A DNA stretch of 64,000 nt from Chloroflexota bacterium. GTDB taxonomy: Bacteria > Chloroflexota > Dehalococcoidia > Bin125. Made by a program: the position numbers and the translations under genes. This document shows, piece by piece, positions 19,318 through 28,030 of the stretch. Below the pieces are notes generated by a model. The model searched no databases, was not told the DNA's origin, and worked only from the letters and a program-made list of their open reading frames with translations. The stretch covers positions 169,588-233,587 of the forward strand of contig JAPOXK010000021.1 of assembly GCA_026707145.1 (NCBI GenBank), in the 5' to 3' direction. Within the stretch, counting starts at the first letter, position 1, and each line of letters starts with the position of its first letter.

Positions 19318-22290
19318 CTGAGTACCCCGGTCCGTCGCCAGTATTTGGAGATCAAGGCGCGCCATCCGGACGCGATCTTGTTCTTTCGGCTGGGTGACTT
19401 CTACGAAACCTTCGACGAAGATGCCAAGCTGGTCAGCCGTGAATTAGGCGTGGCGCTCACGAGCAAGCCGCTTGGTAAGGGGATCCGTGTTCCCCTCGCC
19501 GGCGTGCCCGTGGCCAGCGTCGAGGGCCACCTGGCGCGGCTGGTTGCTAACGGGCATCGCGTCGCCATCTGCGAGCAACTGAATGCGGCCGGCGAGATCC
19601 AAGGCAAGGTGCCGGAGAAGGACTCCGCCGCGAAGCGCTTGGTACGACGTGGCGTCGTGCGGATCGTCTCGCCCGGCACCGCGCTTGAGCCGGCGCTGCT
19701 GGCGGGCGGTCGCAGCAACTACTGTGCTGCCCTGGTTGCGCTGCCGGAGTCGCGGCGTCGGCAGGAAGCCGGGACTCACCAAGAGTCCGCCGGAGGACGC
19801 TGGGGACTCGCGGCGGCTGACCTGAGCACCGGCGAGTTTCACTGCTGCGAGTTCAGGGGAGCGGACGCGGCCGCGCGCTGCGCCGCCGAGTTGGAGTTGC
19901 TGGGGCCCACTGAACTGCTGCAGCCGCAGTTGCTGCACCCTGTCGAGACAACGGCCCCGGCGAAGCCGCGACAGGAAGGCGCTGCGCCGCCGCTGGCGCG
20001 GGCGCTGGCGGAGTTGGAGCCGGCGCATACGCCGCGCCCGCCGGCGCAGTTTCAGCCAGAGGCGGCCGCGGCTGCCTTGCTCGCGCACTACCGTCTGGCC
20101 GCGATCGAGGGGCTGGGGTTGGGCGAGCGCCCCGCCGCGCTCGCCGCTGCCGGAGCCCTGCTCGCTTACTTGCAGGAGAGTCAAGCGGGGACACTGACGC
20201 AGTTAGAGCGGCCGCGCTTGCACGAGCCCGGAGCCCACATGCGCCTGGACGGCCCCACCTTGCGCGCGCTCTCCCTCTTCGAGGATGGGCCGGGCGGCGC
20301 TGCCGGGCAGGGTGGGGAGGGCTCGTCCACCACTCTGCTGGGAGTGCTGGATCGCACCCGTACCGCCGCCGGGCGCCGGCTCTTGCGCGATCGCTTAGCG
20401 CGGCCCCTTCTGGAGCTGGCGCCGATCGAGGCGCGCCTGGACCGGGTGCAGCTGTTCCGCGAGCGGCCGCTATTGCGGGCGGCCGTGCGGGAGGAGCTGG
20501 GCGCCGTTCCGGATTTGGCGCGCCTGCTGTCCCGGACGGTTGCCGGGCTGGCGCCGCCAGCGGAGATGGTGCGGCTGGGGGCGGGGCTGGCCGCCGCCGG
20601 CGGGCTGGGCCGGATCGTTGATCAAGCGCTGGGGGAGGACGGCGACGGAGTGGAGGGACAGGGAGGCGAGGGTGAAGGGGGAGCTCTGGCCGATCCGCTG
20701 CCCGGCGCGCGAGTGGCCGAGTTGCGGGAGGCGTTCGCCGACGAGTTGCGCCCTGCCACCGCTGCACAGGAGGCGATCACGACGCGGCTCGAGGAGCGTC
20801 CCGGCTCCTGTACGGAAGAGGGCGGGGTGCTGCGTCCCGGCGCGGACGGCGCTTGCGACACGTTCCGCGCCAAGCTGCGCGCCGCCCGCGCCGCCATCGC
20901 CGAACTCGAGGCGGAAGAGCGCCGGCGCAGCGGCATCGCCAACCTCAAGATCGGCTATCACCGGACTTTTGGCTACTACTTCGAGGTCAGCAAGAGCGGG
21001 CTCGCGCTCGTCCCTCCCGACTACGAGCGGCGCCAGACCTTGGCGGGAGGTGAGCGCTTCGTCACGCCACGGCTGCGCGCACTCGAGGCCGCAGCGCTTG
21101 AAGCGCGCGAGGCATTGGTGGCCCGGGAGCGCGAGTTGCTGGCACAGCTGCGGCGCGACCTGGGCGCGCAGGCTGCTGCCGTGCGCGCCCTGGCGCGGGG
21201 CGTCGCGCGCCTCGATGTCGATTGCGCCTTGGCCGAGGCGGCGGCGGAGCGCAACTACACCCGCCCGCGCTTGGACCGCTCGGGCGCGCTGACGATCCGT
21301 GCAGGCCGCCACCCGATCGTGGAAGCCGCCGTCAGCGCTTTCGGATCCTCCGGCCTCTTCGTTCCCAACGACATGGAGCTGCAGGCCGGTTCCGCTCCGG
21401 GGCCGCCGCAGGTGCTGGTCCTGACCGGTCCCAACATGGGGGGGAAGAGCACCTACCTGCGTCAGTCAGCACTGATCGTGCTCATGGCGCAATGTGGGAG
21501 CTTCGTTTCGGCCGCCGACGCTCGCATCGGGCTGGTGGACCGTGTTTTTGCGCGCGTGGGCGCGCACGACCGCCTCGCTGCTGGACAGAGCACCTTCATG
21601 GTGGAGATGCTGGAGAGCGCTGCCATCCTGGCTGCAGCCAGTGAGCGCTCCTTGCTGGTGTTAGACGAGATCGGCCGCGGCACGAGCACGTACGACGGAC
21701 TTGCCGTGGCGCAGGCGCTGCTCGAGTACCTGGTCGAGTTTCGACGCCAAGGGGGTAGAGGCGGACCCCGTACGCTCTTCGCGACGCACTTTCACGAGCT
21801 CACCGCGCTCGCGGGCGACCATCCGCGCGTCGCTAACGCGCACGTTGCAGTCGACGAGGAAGGGGTTTCCTCGCGGTCCGGGCGCGCCGACGGTGCCGCC
21901 TTGCCGTGGCCGCCGGCGGCGGATCTGCGCTTTCTCTACAAGGTGCAGCCGGGCGCGGCCGATCGCTCCTACGGGCTGCAGGTCGCGGCGATGGCCGGGT
22001 TGCCGGCCCCGCTGCTCACGCGCGCGGGCCAGCTGCTGCGGACGCTGGAGGCCGACGCGCGCGAGCCCGAGCGACCACCGGCTTTGCTGCGATCCGAGCC
22101 ATCCTTAACCCGGGTGACCAGCGTCGGGGCCGAACTCGCTGAGGAGCTGGCCGGACTCGATGTCGACGCGATCACCCCGCTCGAGGCGATCGCCGCTCTC
22201 TACACCCTGCGCGACCAGGCCCGCCAGGCGCTTGGTGATGCGCCCGCCGAGCAGGCCGCGTTGCCCTTTCAACCAAGGACGGGCACGTGA
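19318..22290 (+). CDS. mutS: DNA mismatch repair protein MutS; start codon unresolved (possibly CTG)
   Basis: N-terminus TPVRRQYLEIKARHPDAILFFRLGDFYETF (mismatch-binding domain), Walker A GPNMGGKST and DEIGRGTSTYDG. The conserved TPxxxQY lies upstream of the first canonical start (TTG 19345). An in-frame stop sits at 19303. GGGAGG at 19308-13 precedes the CTG at 19318. Confidence 0.85.
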   Translation: MSTPVRRQYLEIKARHPDAILFFRLGDFYETFDEDAKLVSRELGVALTSKPLGKGIRVPLAGVPVASVEGHLARLVANGHRVAICEQLNAAGEIQGKVPEKDSAAKRLVRRGVVRIVSPGTALEPALLAGGRSNYCAALVALPESRRRQEAGTHQESAGGRWGLAAADLSTGEFHCCEFRGADAAARCAAELELLGPTELLQPQLLHPVETTAPAKPRQEGAAPPLARALAELEPAHTPRPPAQFQPEAAAAALLAHYRLAAIEGLGLGERPAALAAAGALLAYLQESQAGTLTQLERPRLHEPGAHMRLDGPTLRALSLFEDGPGGAAGQGGEGSSTTLLGVLDRTRTAAGRRLLRDRLARPLLELAPIEARLDRVQLFRERPLLRAAVREELGAVPDLARLLSRTVAGLAPPAEMVRLGAGLAAAGGLGRIVDQALGEDGDGVEGQGGEGEGGALADPLPGARVAELREAFADELRPATAAQEAITTRLEERPGSCTEEGGVLRPGADGACDTFRAKLRAARAAIAELEAEERRRSGIANLKIGYHRTFGYYFEVSKSGLALVPPDYERRQTLAGGERFVTPRLRALEAAALEAREALVARERELLAQLRRDLGAQAAAVRALARGVARLDVDCALAEAAAERNYTRPRLDRSGALTIRAGRHPIVEAAVSAFGSSGLFVPNDMELQAGSAPGPPQVLVLTGPNMGGKSTYLRQSALIVLMAQCGSFVSAADARIGLVDRVFARVGAHDRLAAGQSTFMVEMLESAAILAAASERSLLVLDEIGRGTSTYDGLAVAQALLEYLVEFRRQGGRGGPRTLFATHFHELTALAGDHPRVANAHVAVDEEGVSSRSGRADGAALPWPPAADLRFLYKVQPGAADRSYGLQVAAMAGLPAPLLTRAGQLLRTLEADAREPERPPALLRSEPSLTRVTSVGAELAEELAGLDVDAITPLEAIAALYTLRDQARQALGDAPAEQAALPFQPRTGT

Positions 22291-24164
22291 GCGGGGCTGC
22301 GCCCGTTGCGCCCTCCGAAGCCGAGTTCGGAGCCGCCATCCGACGATTGCCGGCGTCCGTGGCCGCGCAGATCGCCGCGGGCGAGGTGATCGAGCGCCCC
22401 GCATCGGTCGTCAAGGAGCTGCTGGAGAATGCGGCCGACGCGGACGCCACGCGGATCGAGGTGGTGATCGAGGGAGCGGGCTTGGAGCGGATCCGTGTGA
22501 CCGACACTGGCCGTGGAATGGGCGCCGACGAGTTGCCCCTCGCTTTCGAGCGACACGCCACTTCCAAGCTGTACGCGGCCGATGATCTCTGGGCGCTACG
22601 CAGCTACGGCTTCCGTGGGGAGGCGTTGCCCAGCATCGTTGCGGTGGCGGAAGTCGATTGTATTAGCCGGCCTCGCGACCTCCATCCGGGACGACATGAC
22701 TCCGGCGCTGGCGTTCGGATCCGCTTTCGTGGCGGCGATGCCCAAGCGCTCGAAACCGCGGCCGCGCCTCCCGGGACGACCCTGGAGGTGAGGCAGCTGT
22801 TCGCGCGCCAGCCCGCCCGCCGTAAGTTTCTGAGCGGCGATCGGGCGGAGCGAGCAGCGATCGCGCGCGTCTGCGGCGATCAGGCGTTGGCACTTCCCCA
22901 CGTGGCTCTACAGCTGACGATGGAGGGGCGCCGGGCGTTGCGCAGCGGCGGTGAGGGCCAGCGCCGGGCCGTGCTCGCCGAGCTTTGGGGTGCGGCCGCG
23001 GCGGAGGCGGCCTGCTCTTTTGCCGGAGCCCAACCGCGGGCGGGAATTCGGGCGGAGGGGTTGGCGGCGCCGCCGCAGTACCACCGCGCCCACCGCGGCG
23101 AGCTGCGTCTCTTCGTCAACGGGCGCGCGGTGCAATCGCGCCGCCTGAGCTACGCCCTGCAGGAGGCCTATCGCGAACTGTTGCCGGCGCGTCGCTTTCC
23201 GCTGGTCGCCCTGTTTCTTGACATCGACCCGGCGCGGGTCGATGTCAACGTGCATCCGACCAAGGCGCAGGTCAAGCTATCCGATGAAGACGCGGCCTTC
23301 GGGCTGATCCAGCGCAGTCTGCGTGAGGCGCTGTTGACGGGGCGGACTTCCGCAGGGCAGGCGCCGCTCGCCGCCGCGACATCGGCGGTGCCGAGCGCGG
23401 TCCGATCCGCCGCCCGGCTGCTTTCTGCCCGGGACCGTGCCGGCCTGCCGATCCTGGAGCGCCCCGGCCCGCGGTCTGCGCCCGATCCCGCGGAGGCAGC
23501 CGCTGCAGAGAGGCAGTCCGAGTTTCCCGGTGCCGCCTCGCCCCCGTTGCGCGTTCTCGGCCAGATCGACGCTGCCTTTCTCGTGGCGGAGGGACCCGAC
23601 GGGCTCTATCTGGTGGACCAGCATGCGGCGCACGAGCGCGTGCTCTACGAACGGCTGCTGGAGATCGCGGCCGCCCCCCGCTCCGCTTCTCAGCAGGCGC
23701 TTCTAGACTTGGCCCCGATCGAGCTGAGTGCTGCCCAGGCCGGCGCCTTGACCGAATTCGCTCCCGCCTTGCAGGCGCTGGGTTGGGACGTCGAGCCCTT
23801 TGGAGAGCGGGCGCTGCGCCTGCGCGCCCTGCCGGCGGTGCTGGTCCGTGGACTCGGCGGAGAGAGCTCCGGCCGCGGACTCTCGCGTGATCCTGCCGGG
23901 TGCCTCACCGCGCTGCTGGATGAGCTGGCGCAGGCCTCGCCCGCTTCGCTCACCGCCGAGGAGCCGCAGCGCTTCGACCCCGTCGCCGCGGCCAGCGCCT
24001 GTCACAGCGCCGTGCGCGCCGGTGATCCGTTGGCGCCGGAAGAGCAACGCGCCTTGCTGCGTGCAGTCGAGGACTGCGCGCGCTCGCAGACCTGCCCGCA
24101 CGGACGACCCACACTGCTGCGGCTTCCGCGCGAAGAGATCCTGCGTCGATTTTTGCGGCGCTAG
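22287..24164 (+). CDS. mutL: DNA mismatch repair protein MutL
   Basis: GHKL ATPase motifs IERPASVVKELLENAADA and VTDTGRGM. The C-terminal dimerisation domain is present. The GTG start overlaps the mutS stop. Confidence 0.88.
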   Translation: MSGAAPVAPSEAEFGAAIRRLPASVAAQIAAGEVIERPASVVKELLENAADADATRIEVVIEGAGLERIRVTDTGRGMGADELPLAFERHATSKLYAADDLWALRSYGFRGEALPSIVAVAEVDCISRPRDLHPGRHDSGAGVRIRFRGGDAQALETAAAPPGTTLEVRQLFARQPARRKFLSGDRAERAAIARVCGDQALALPHVALQLTMEGRRALRSGGEGQRRAVLAELWGAAAAEAACSFAGAQPRAGIRAEGLAAPPQYHRAHRGELRLFVNGRAVQSRRLSYALQEAYRELLPARRFPLVALFLDIDPARVDVNVHPTKAQVKLSDEDAAFGLIQRSLREALLTGRTSAGQAPLAAATSAVPSAVRSAARLLSARDRAGLPILERPGPRSAPDPAEAAAAERQSEFPGAASPPLRVLGQIDAAFLVAEGPDGLYLVDQHAAHERVLYERLLEIAAAPRSASQQALLDLAPIELSAAQAGALTEFAPALQALGWDVEPFGERALRLRALPAVLVRGLGGESSGRGLSRDPAGCLTALLDELAQASPASLTAEEPQRFDPVAAASACHSAVRAGDPLAPEEQRALLRAVEDCARSQTCPHGRPTLLRLPREEILRRFLRR

Positions 24165-24353
24165 GGCAGCTGCGCCCGGCTTTGCCTGCGCCCGGTCGCC
24201 GCTGCGGCCGCTGGGAGAGACGCTGCACTGGGGATTACCCACCACTTGTAGCTGCTTGTATAGACCGCGACCGCTGCATTGCTAGGCTTTCTGCGTTGCC
24301 CCGCATTGCCAAGACAGCCCGAGCAAAGCCCTGAACGTGAATCGAGTTCCATC

Positions 24354-25988
24354 GTGATTGATTCGCCCAGCCCGAGCGCCGCGCCGCAGCCGATTCCGAC
24401 GAACGTTGCGGGAGTCAGCCTGCTGGCAGCGCCTCCGTCCGAGGCCGCTCACGTCCTCAGCGACGAGGCACTCGCCTTCGTGGCCGGTCTGCAGCGCCGC
24501 TTCGATGCCACCCGTCAGATGCTTCTGGAGCGCCGCCGCGATCGCCAGGCCCGCCTCGACGCCGGCCAGCGCCCCGACTTCCTCCCCGAAACCGCCGCGA
24601 TCCGCGAGGAACTCGGCTGGCGGGTTGCGCAGACGCCGCCCGACTTGCAGAGGCGCTGGGTGGAGATCACCGGTCCGGTTGAGCGCAAGATGATGATCAA
24701 CGCACTCAACTCCGGCGCCGACGTCTTCATGGCCGACTTCGAGGACGCGCTCTCGCCCAGCTGGGACAACGTCGTTCAGGGCCAGGCGAACCTGATCGAG
24801 GCCGTGCGTTGCGCGCTGGCGCTCGATATCCCCGGCGGGAAGTCTTACCGTCTGAATCCGCAGATCGCCACCCTGATGGTGCGGCCGCGCGGCTGGCAGC
24901 TCGACGAGCGTCACCTGCTCGTCGACGGCGCTCCCATCTCCGCCAGCCTCTTCGACTTCGGCCTCTACTTCTTTCACAACGCCCGTGAGGCGCTCCAGCG
25001 CGGCACGGGCCCCTACGTCTACCTGCCCAAGCTGGAGAGCCACTTGGAGGCACGGCTCTGGAACGACGTCTTTGTTCACGCGCAAGAGACGCTGGGTATC
25101 CCCCAGGGCAGCGTGCGCGCCACGGTTCTGATCGAGACGATCCTGGCCGCTTTCGAGATGGAGGAGATCCTCTACGAGCTGCGCGACCACGCCGCCGGTC
25201 TCAACGCGGGCCGTTGGGACTACATCTTCAGCCTGATCAAGAAGTTCCGGACCGACGACGCCGGCATCCTTCCCGACCGCGCCCAGATCACCATGACCGT
25301 TCCCTTCATGCGCGCCTATACCGAGCTGCTTGTCAAGACGTGTCATAAACGGGGCGCGCACGCGATCGGCGGGATGGCCGCCTTTATTCCTAGCCGCCGG
25401 GACGCCGCCGTGAACGAGGTGGCGCTGGCGAAGGTGCGTGAAGACAAGCAGCGCGAGTCCGGCGACGGCTTCGACGGCACCTGGGTTGCTCACCCGGATC
25501 TGGTGCCCGTGGCCGGCGAGATCTTCGCTGCCGCCCTGCGCGAGAACGACCACCAGAAGCAACGGCTGCGGGCCGACGTCGCCGCGGACGCGGATGCGCT
25601 TCTCGCCCTCCGCGTCCCCGACGGCGCCGTCACGCTCGGCGGCCTGCGCAGCAACATCAGCGTCGCCCTGCAGTACCTCGACGCCTGGCTGCGAGGCAAC
25701 GGCGCCGTCGCGATCTTCAACCTCATGGAGGACACGGCGACCGCCGAGATCAGCCGCGCCCAACTCTGGCAGTGGGTGCGGCATCGCGTCGCCCTGGCGG
25801 ATGGCGAGGGCGCTGAGGCGAAGGTCACGGCCGAACTCTACGCCCGCGTTCGCGACGAGGAGATCGAGAAGCTGGGCGGGCGCGAGAGCGGTGAGTTGGG
25901 CCAAGCCGCCGACCTGCTCGACAGCCTCGTCATGGGCGATGACTTCGCGGATTTTCTTACGCTCGGTGCGTACGAGAGGCTGCAATGA
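24354..25988 (+). CDS. aceB: Malate synthase A (glyoxylate shunt)
   Basis: Strong match to the AceB family ([36 protein letters not shown]; [11 protein letters not shown]; CGRWDYIFS; [18 protein letters not shown]; DGTWVAHP). The ORF is open from 24279; the start is chosen at GTG 24354 and is uncertain. Confidence 0.88.
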   Translation: MIDSPSPSAAPQPIPTNVAGVSLLAAPPSEAAHVLSDEALAFVAGLQRRFDATRQMLLERRRDRQARLDAGQRPDFLPETAAIREELGWRVAQTPPDLQRRWVEITGPVERKMMINALNSGADVFMADFEDALSPSWDNVVQGQANLIEAVRCALALDIPGGKSYRLNPQIATLMVRPRGWQLDERHLLVDGAPISASLFDFGLYFFHNAREALQRGTGPYVYLPKLESHLEARLWNDVFVHAQETLGIPQGSVRATVLIETILAAFEMEEILYELRDHAAGLNAGRWDYIFSLIKKFRTDDAGILPDRAQITMTVPFMRAYTELLVKTCHKRGAHAIGGMAAFIPSRRDAAVNEVALAKVREDKQRESGDGFDGTWVAHPDLVPVAGEIFAAALRENDHQKQRLRADVAADADALLALRVPDGAVTLGGLRSNISVALQYLDAWLRGNGAVAIFNLMEDTATAEISRAQLWQWVRHRVALADGEGAEAKVTAELYARVRDEEIEKLGGRESGELGQAADLLDSLVMGDDFADFLTLGAYERLQ

Positions 25989-27343
25989 CCTCCATCACCC
26001 CAATCGACACTGATCGGACAGCCGCTATCGCCGCGCTCGAACGCCGCTGGATGGAGGAAGCGCAGGATCTCGCGGTGCGGCGTGACTACACGACCGCCGA
26101 TGTGCTGCGCCTGCGCTCCTCTCTCCCTATTGAGCACTCCCTCGCGCGCCACGGCGCCCAGCGCCTGCGCAGACTCTTCCAAGAGCGATCCTATGTGCAC
26201 ACCTTCGGCGCGCTCAGCGGCGCCCAGGCAGTGCAGATGGCGCGCGCAGGCCTCGACGCCATCTACCTCAGTGGGTGGCAGGTCGCCGCCGACGCCAACC
26301 TGGCTGGCCAGACCTACCCCGATCAGAGCCTTTACCCCGTCAACAGCGCGCCCGCCTTGGTGCGGCGTATTAACAATGCCCTGCAGCGCGCCGATCAGGT
26401 CGAGCGGGCGGAGGGACATCACTCGCGTGATTGGTTCGTTCCGATCGTCGCCGACGCGGAGGCCGGCTTCGGCGGCCCTCTCCATGCCTTCGAACTTACG
26501 AAGGCGATGATTGAGGCGGGCGCTGCCGCCGTGCATTTCGAGGATCAACTCGCCGCCGAGAAGAAATGTGGCCATCTCGGCGGCAAAGTGCTCGTGCCCA
26601 CCGCCCAGCACATCCGCACGCTCACCGCCGCCCGCCTCGCCGCCGACGTGCTTGACGTTCCCACGGTGGTCGTGGCGCGTACCGACGCCGTTAGCGCCAC
26701 GCTCCTCACCTCCGACATCGATCCCTGCGACCATCCGTTCATCAGCGGCAGCCGTACCCCCGAGGGCTACTTCGTGGTCGCCGGGGGCATCGAGTCCGCG
26801 ATCGTCCGCTCGCTGGCCTACGCTCCCTACGCGGATCTCCTTTGGTTCGAATCCTCTACACCCGACCTCGATCAGGCCCGGCACTTCGCCAGCGTGATCC
26901 ACGAACACTATCCGGGTAAGTGGCTCGCCTATAACTGCTCGCCCTCCTTCAATTGGAGCGCCCACCTCGATAGCGATGCCATCAACGCTTTCCAGCACGA
27001 GCTTGGGGCTCTGGGGTACAAGTTCCAGTTCATCACGCTGGCCGGCTGGCACGTTCTCAATCTCAACAGCTTCGAACTCGCCAATGACTACGCCGCTCGC
27101 GGTATGAGTGCCTATGTCGATCTGCAGCAGCGGGAGTTCACGGCGGAGCCCGCCGGCTACAGCGCCACCCGCCATCAGCGTGAGGTCGGCACCGGCTACT
27201 TCGACCGGATCCTTGAGGCGGTGGCCAACGGCCAGAGTTCTACCACAGCGCTTGCCGGCTCCACGGAGCAGCAGCAGTTCGCCGCGAAGGGCGATCCGAA
27301 CGACCAGAGCGCGGCCCTACCGAAGGCGGCGAAAACGTCTTAG
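25985..27343 (+). CDS. aceA: Isocitrate lyase (glyoxylate shunt)
   Basis: ICL signature [31 protein letters not shown] and SGWQVAAD. The ATG overlaps the aceB stop (ATGA). Confidence 0.9.
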   Translation: MTSITPIDTDRTAAIAALERRWMEEAQDLAVRRDYTTADVLRLRSSLPIEHSLARHGAQRLRRLFQERSYVHTFGALSGAQAVQMARAGLDAIYLSGWQVAADANLAGQTYPDQSLYPVNSAPALVRRINNALQRADQVERAEGHHSRDWFVPIVADAEAGFGGPLHAFELTKAMIEAGAAAVHFEDQLAAEKKCGHLGGKVLVPTAQHIRTLTAARLAADVLDVPTVVVARTDAVSATLLTSDIDPCDHPFISGSRTPEGYFVVAGGIESAIVRSLAYAPYADLLWFESSTPDLDQARHFASVIHEHYPGKWLAYNCSPSFNWSAHLDSDAINAFQHELGALGYKFQFITLAGWHVLNLNSFELANDYAARGMSAYVDLQQREFTAEPAGYSATRHQREVGTGYFDRILEAVANGQSSTTALAGSTEQQQFAAKGDPNDQSAALPKAAKTS

Positions 27344-27430
27344 ACCGGATCCGGCCGGTGCTGGCATCGCTCTTGAGAGAACCGGAGTCTTGGTGAAACG
27401 CGCAACGTTCAATCCCGTGCAAGGAGACAC

Positions 27431-28009
27431 GTGATGACCACTCCATCGATCCTCTCCCTGGGCGCTGAGGCGATCCTGTCGCGTTACCCCAAACGCGGCG
27501 CGCTTGCCGACGGCCAGTCCGTAGAGCTGCGACTCATGGACGCCGGCGATCACGAGGCCGTCCTCACGTTTGCCCGCGCCATCCCGTCGGACGACCTTCT
27601 CTTTCTCCCCGCCACCATCACCGAGCCGGCGGCGGTCGATGCCTGGATCGCCGCTATCGAGGCAGGGCGCACGACGACTGTGCTCGCCTTCGTCGACAAC
27701 CGACTCGTCGGCGAAGGCACGTTGCTGCGCAACGCCACGACTTGGACCCGCCACCTTGGCGAGATCCGCCTGCTGATCACGCCTGAGGGGCAGGGTCGGG
27801 GGCTAGGCCGCCTGCTGGCCGGTGAGATCGAAGCGATCGCCCAGACACTCGGCTTGCGTATGCTTACTGCGCGCATGACTCTCGACCAAGCTGCTGCACA
27901 GGCGGTCTTCCGGCGCCTGGGTTTCCAGCGCGAGGCCGTTCTGTTCGACTACGTGATCGATGCCGAGGGCAGTACTCGGGATCTTCTCGTCGCTACCAAG
28001 CATCTGTAG
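27431..28009 (+). CDS. GNAT-family N-acetyltransferase
   Basis: 192 aa with motif A RLLITPEGQGRGLGRLL and GNAT-like secondary-structure periodicity. Lies downstream of aceA. Confidence 0.6.
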   Translation: MMTTPSILSLGAEAILSRYPKRGALADGQSVELRLMDAGDHEAVLTFARAIPSDDLLFLPATITEPAAVDAWIAAIEAGRTTTVLAFVDNRLVGEGTLLRNATTWTRHLGEIRLLITPEGQGRGLGRLLAGEIEAIAQTLGLRMLTARMTLDQAAAQAVFRRLGFQREAVLFDYVIDAEGSTRDLLVATKHL

Positions 28010-28030
28010 CTTGTGCGGGGGGGGGCGTCT

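Noticed and set aside
24282-27175. Minus-strand ORFs of 567 aa and 445 aa
   Set aside because: Antisense to aceB and aceA respectively, both of which have strong family signatures.
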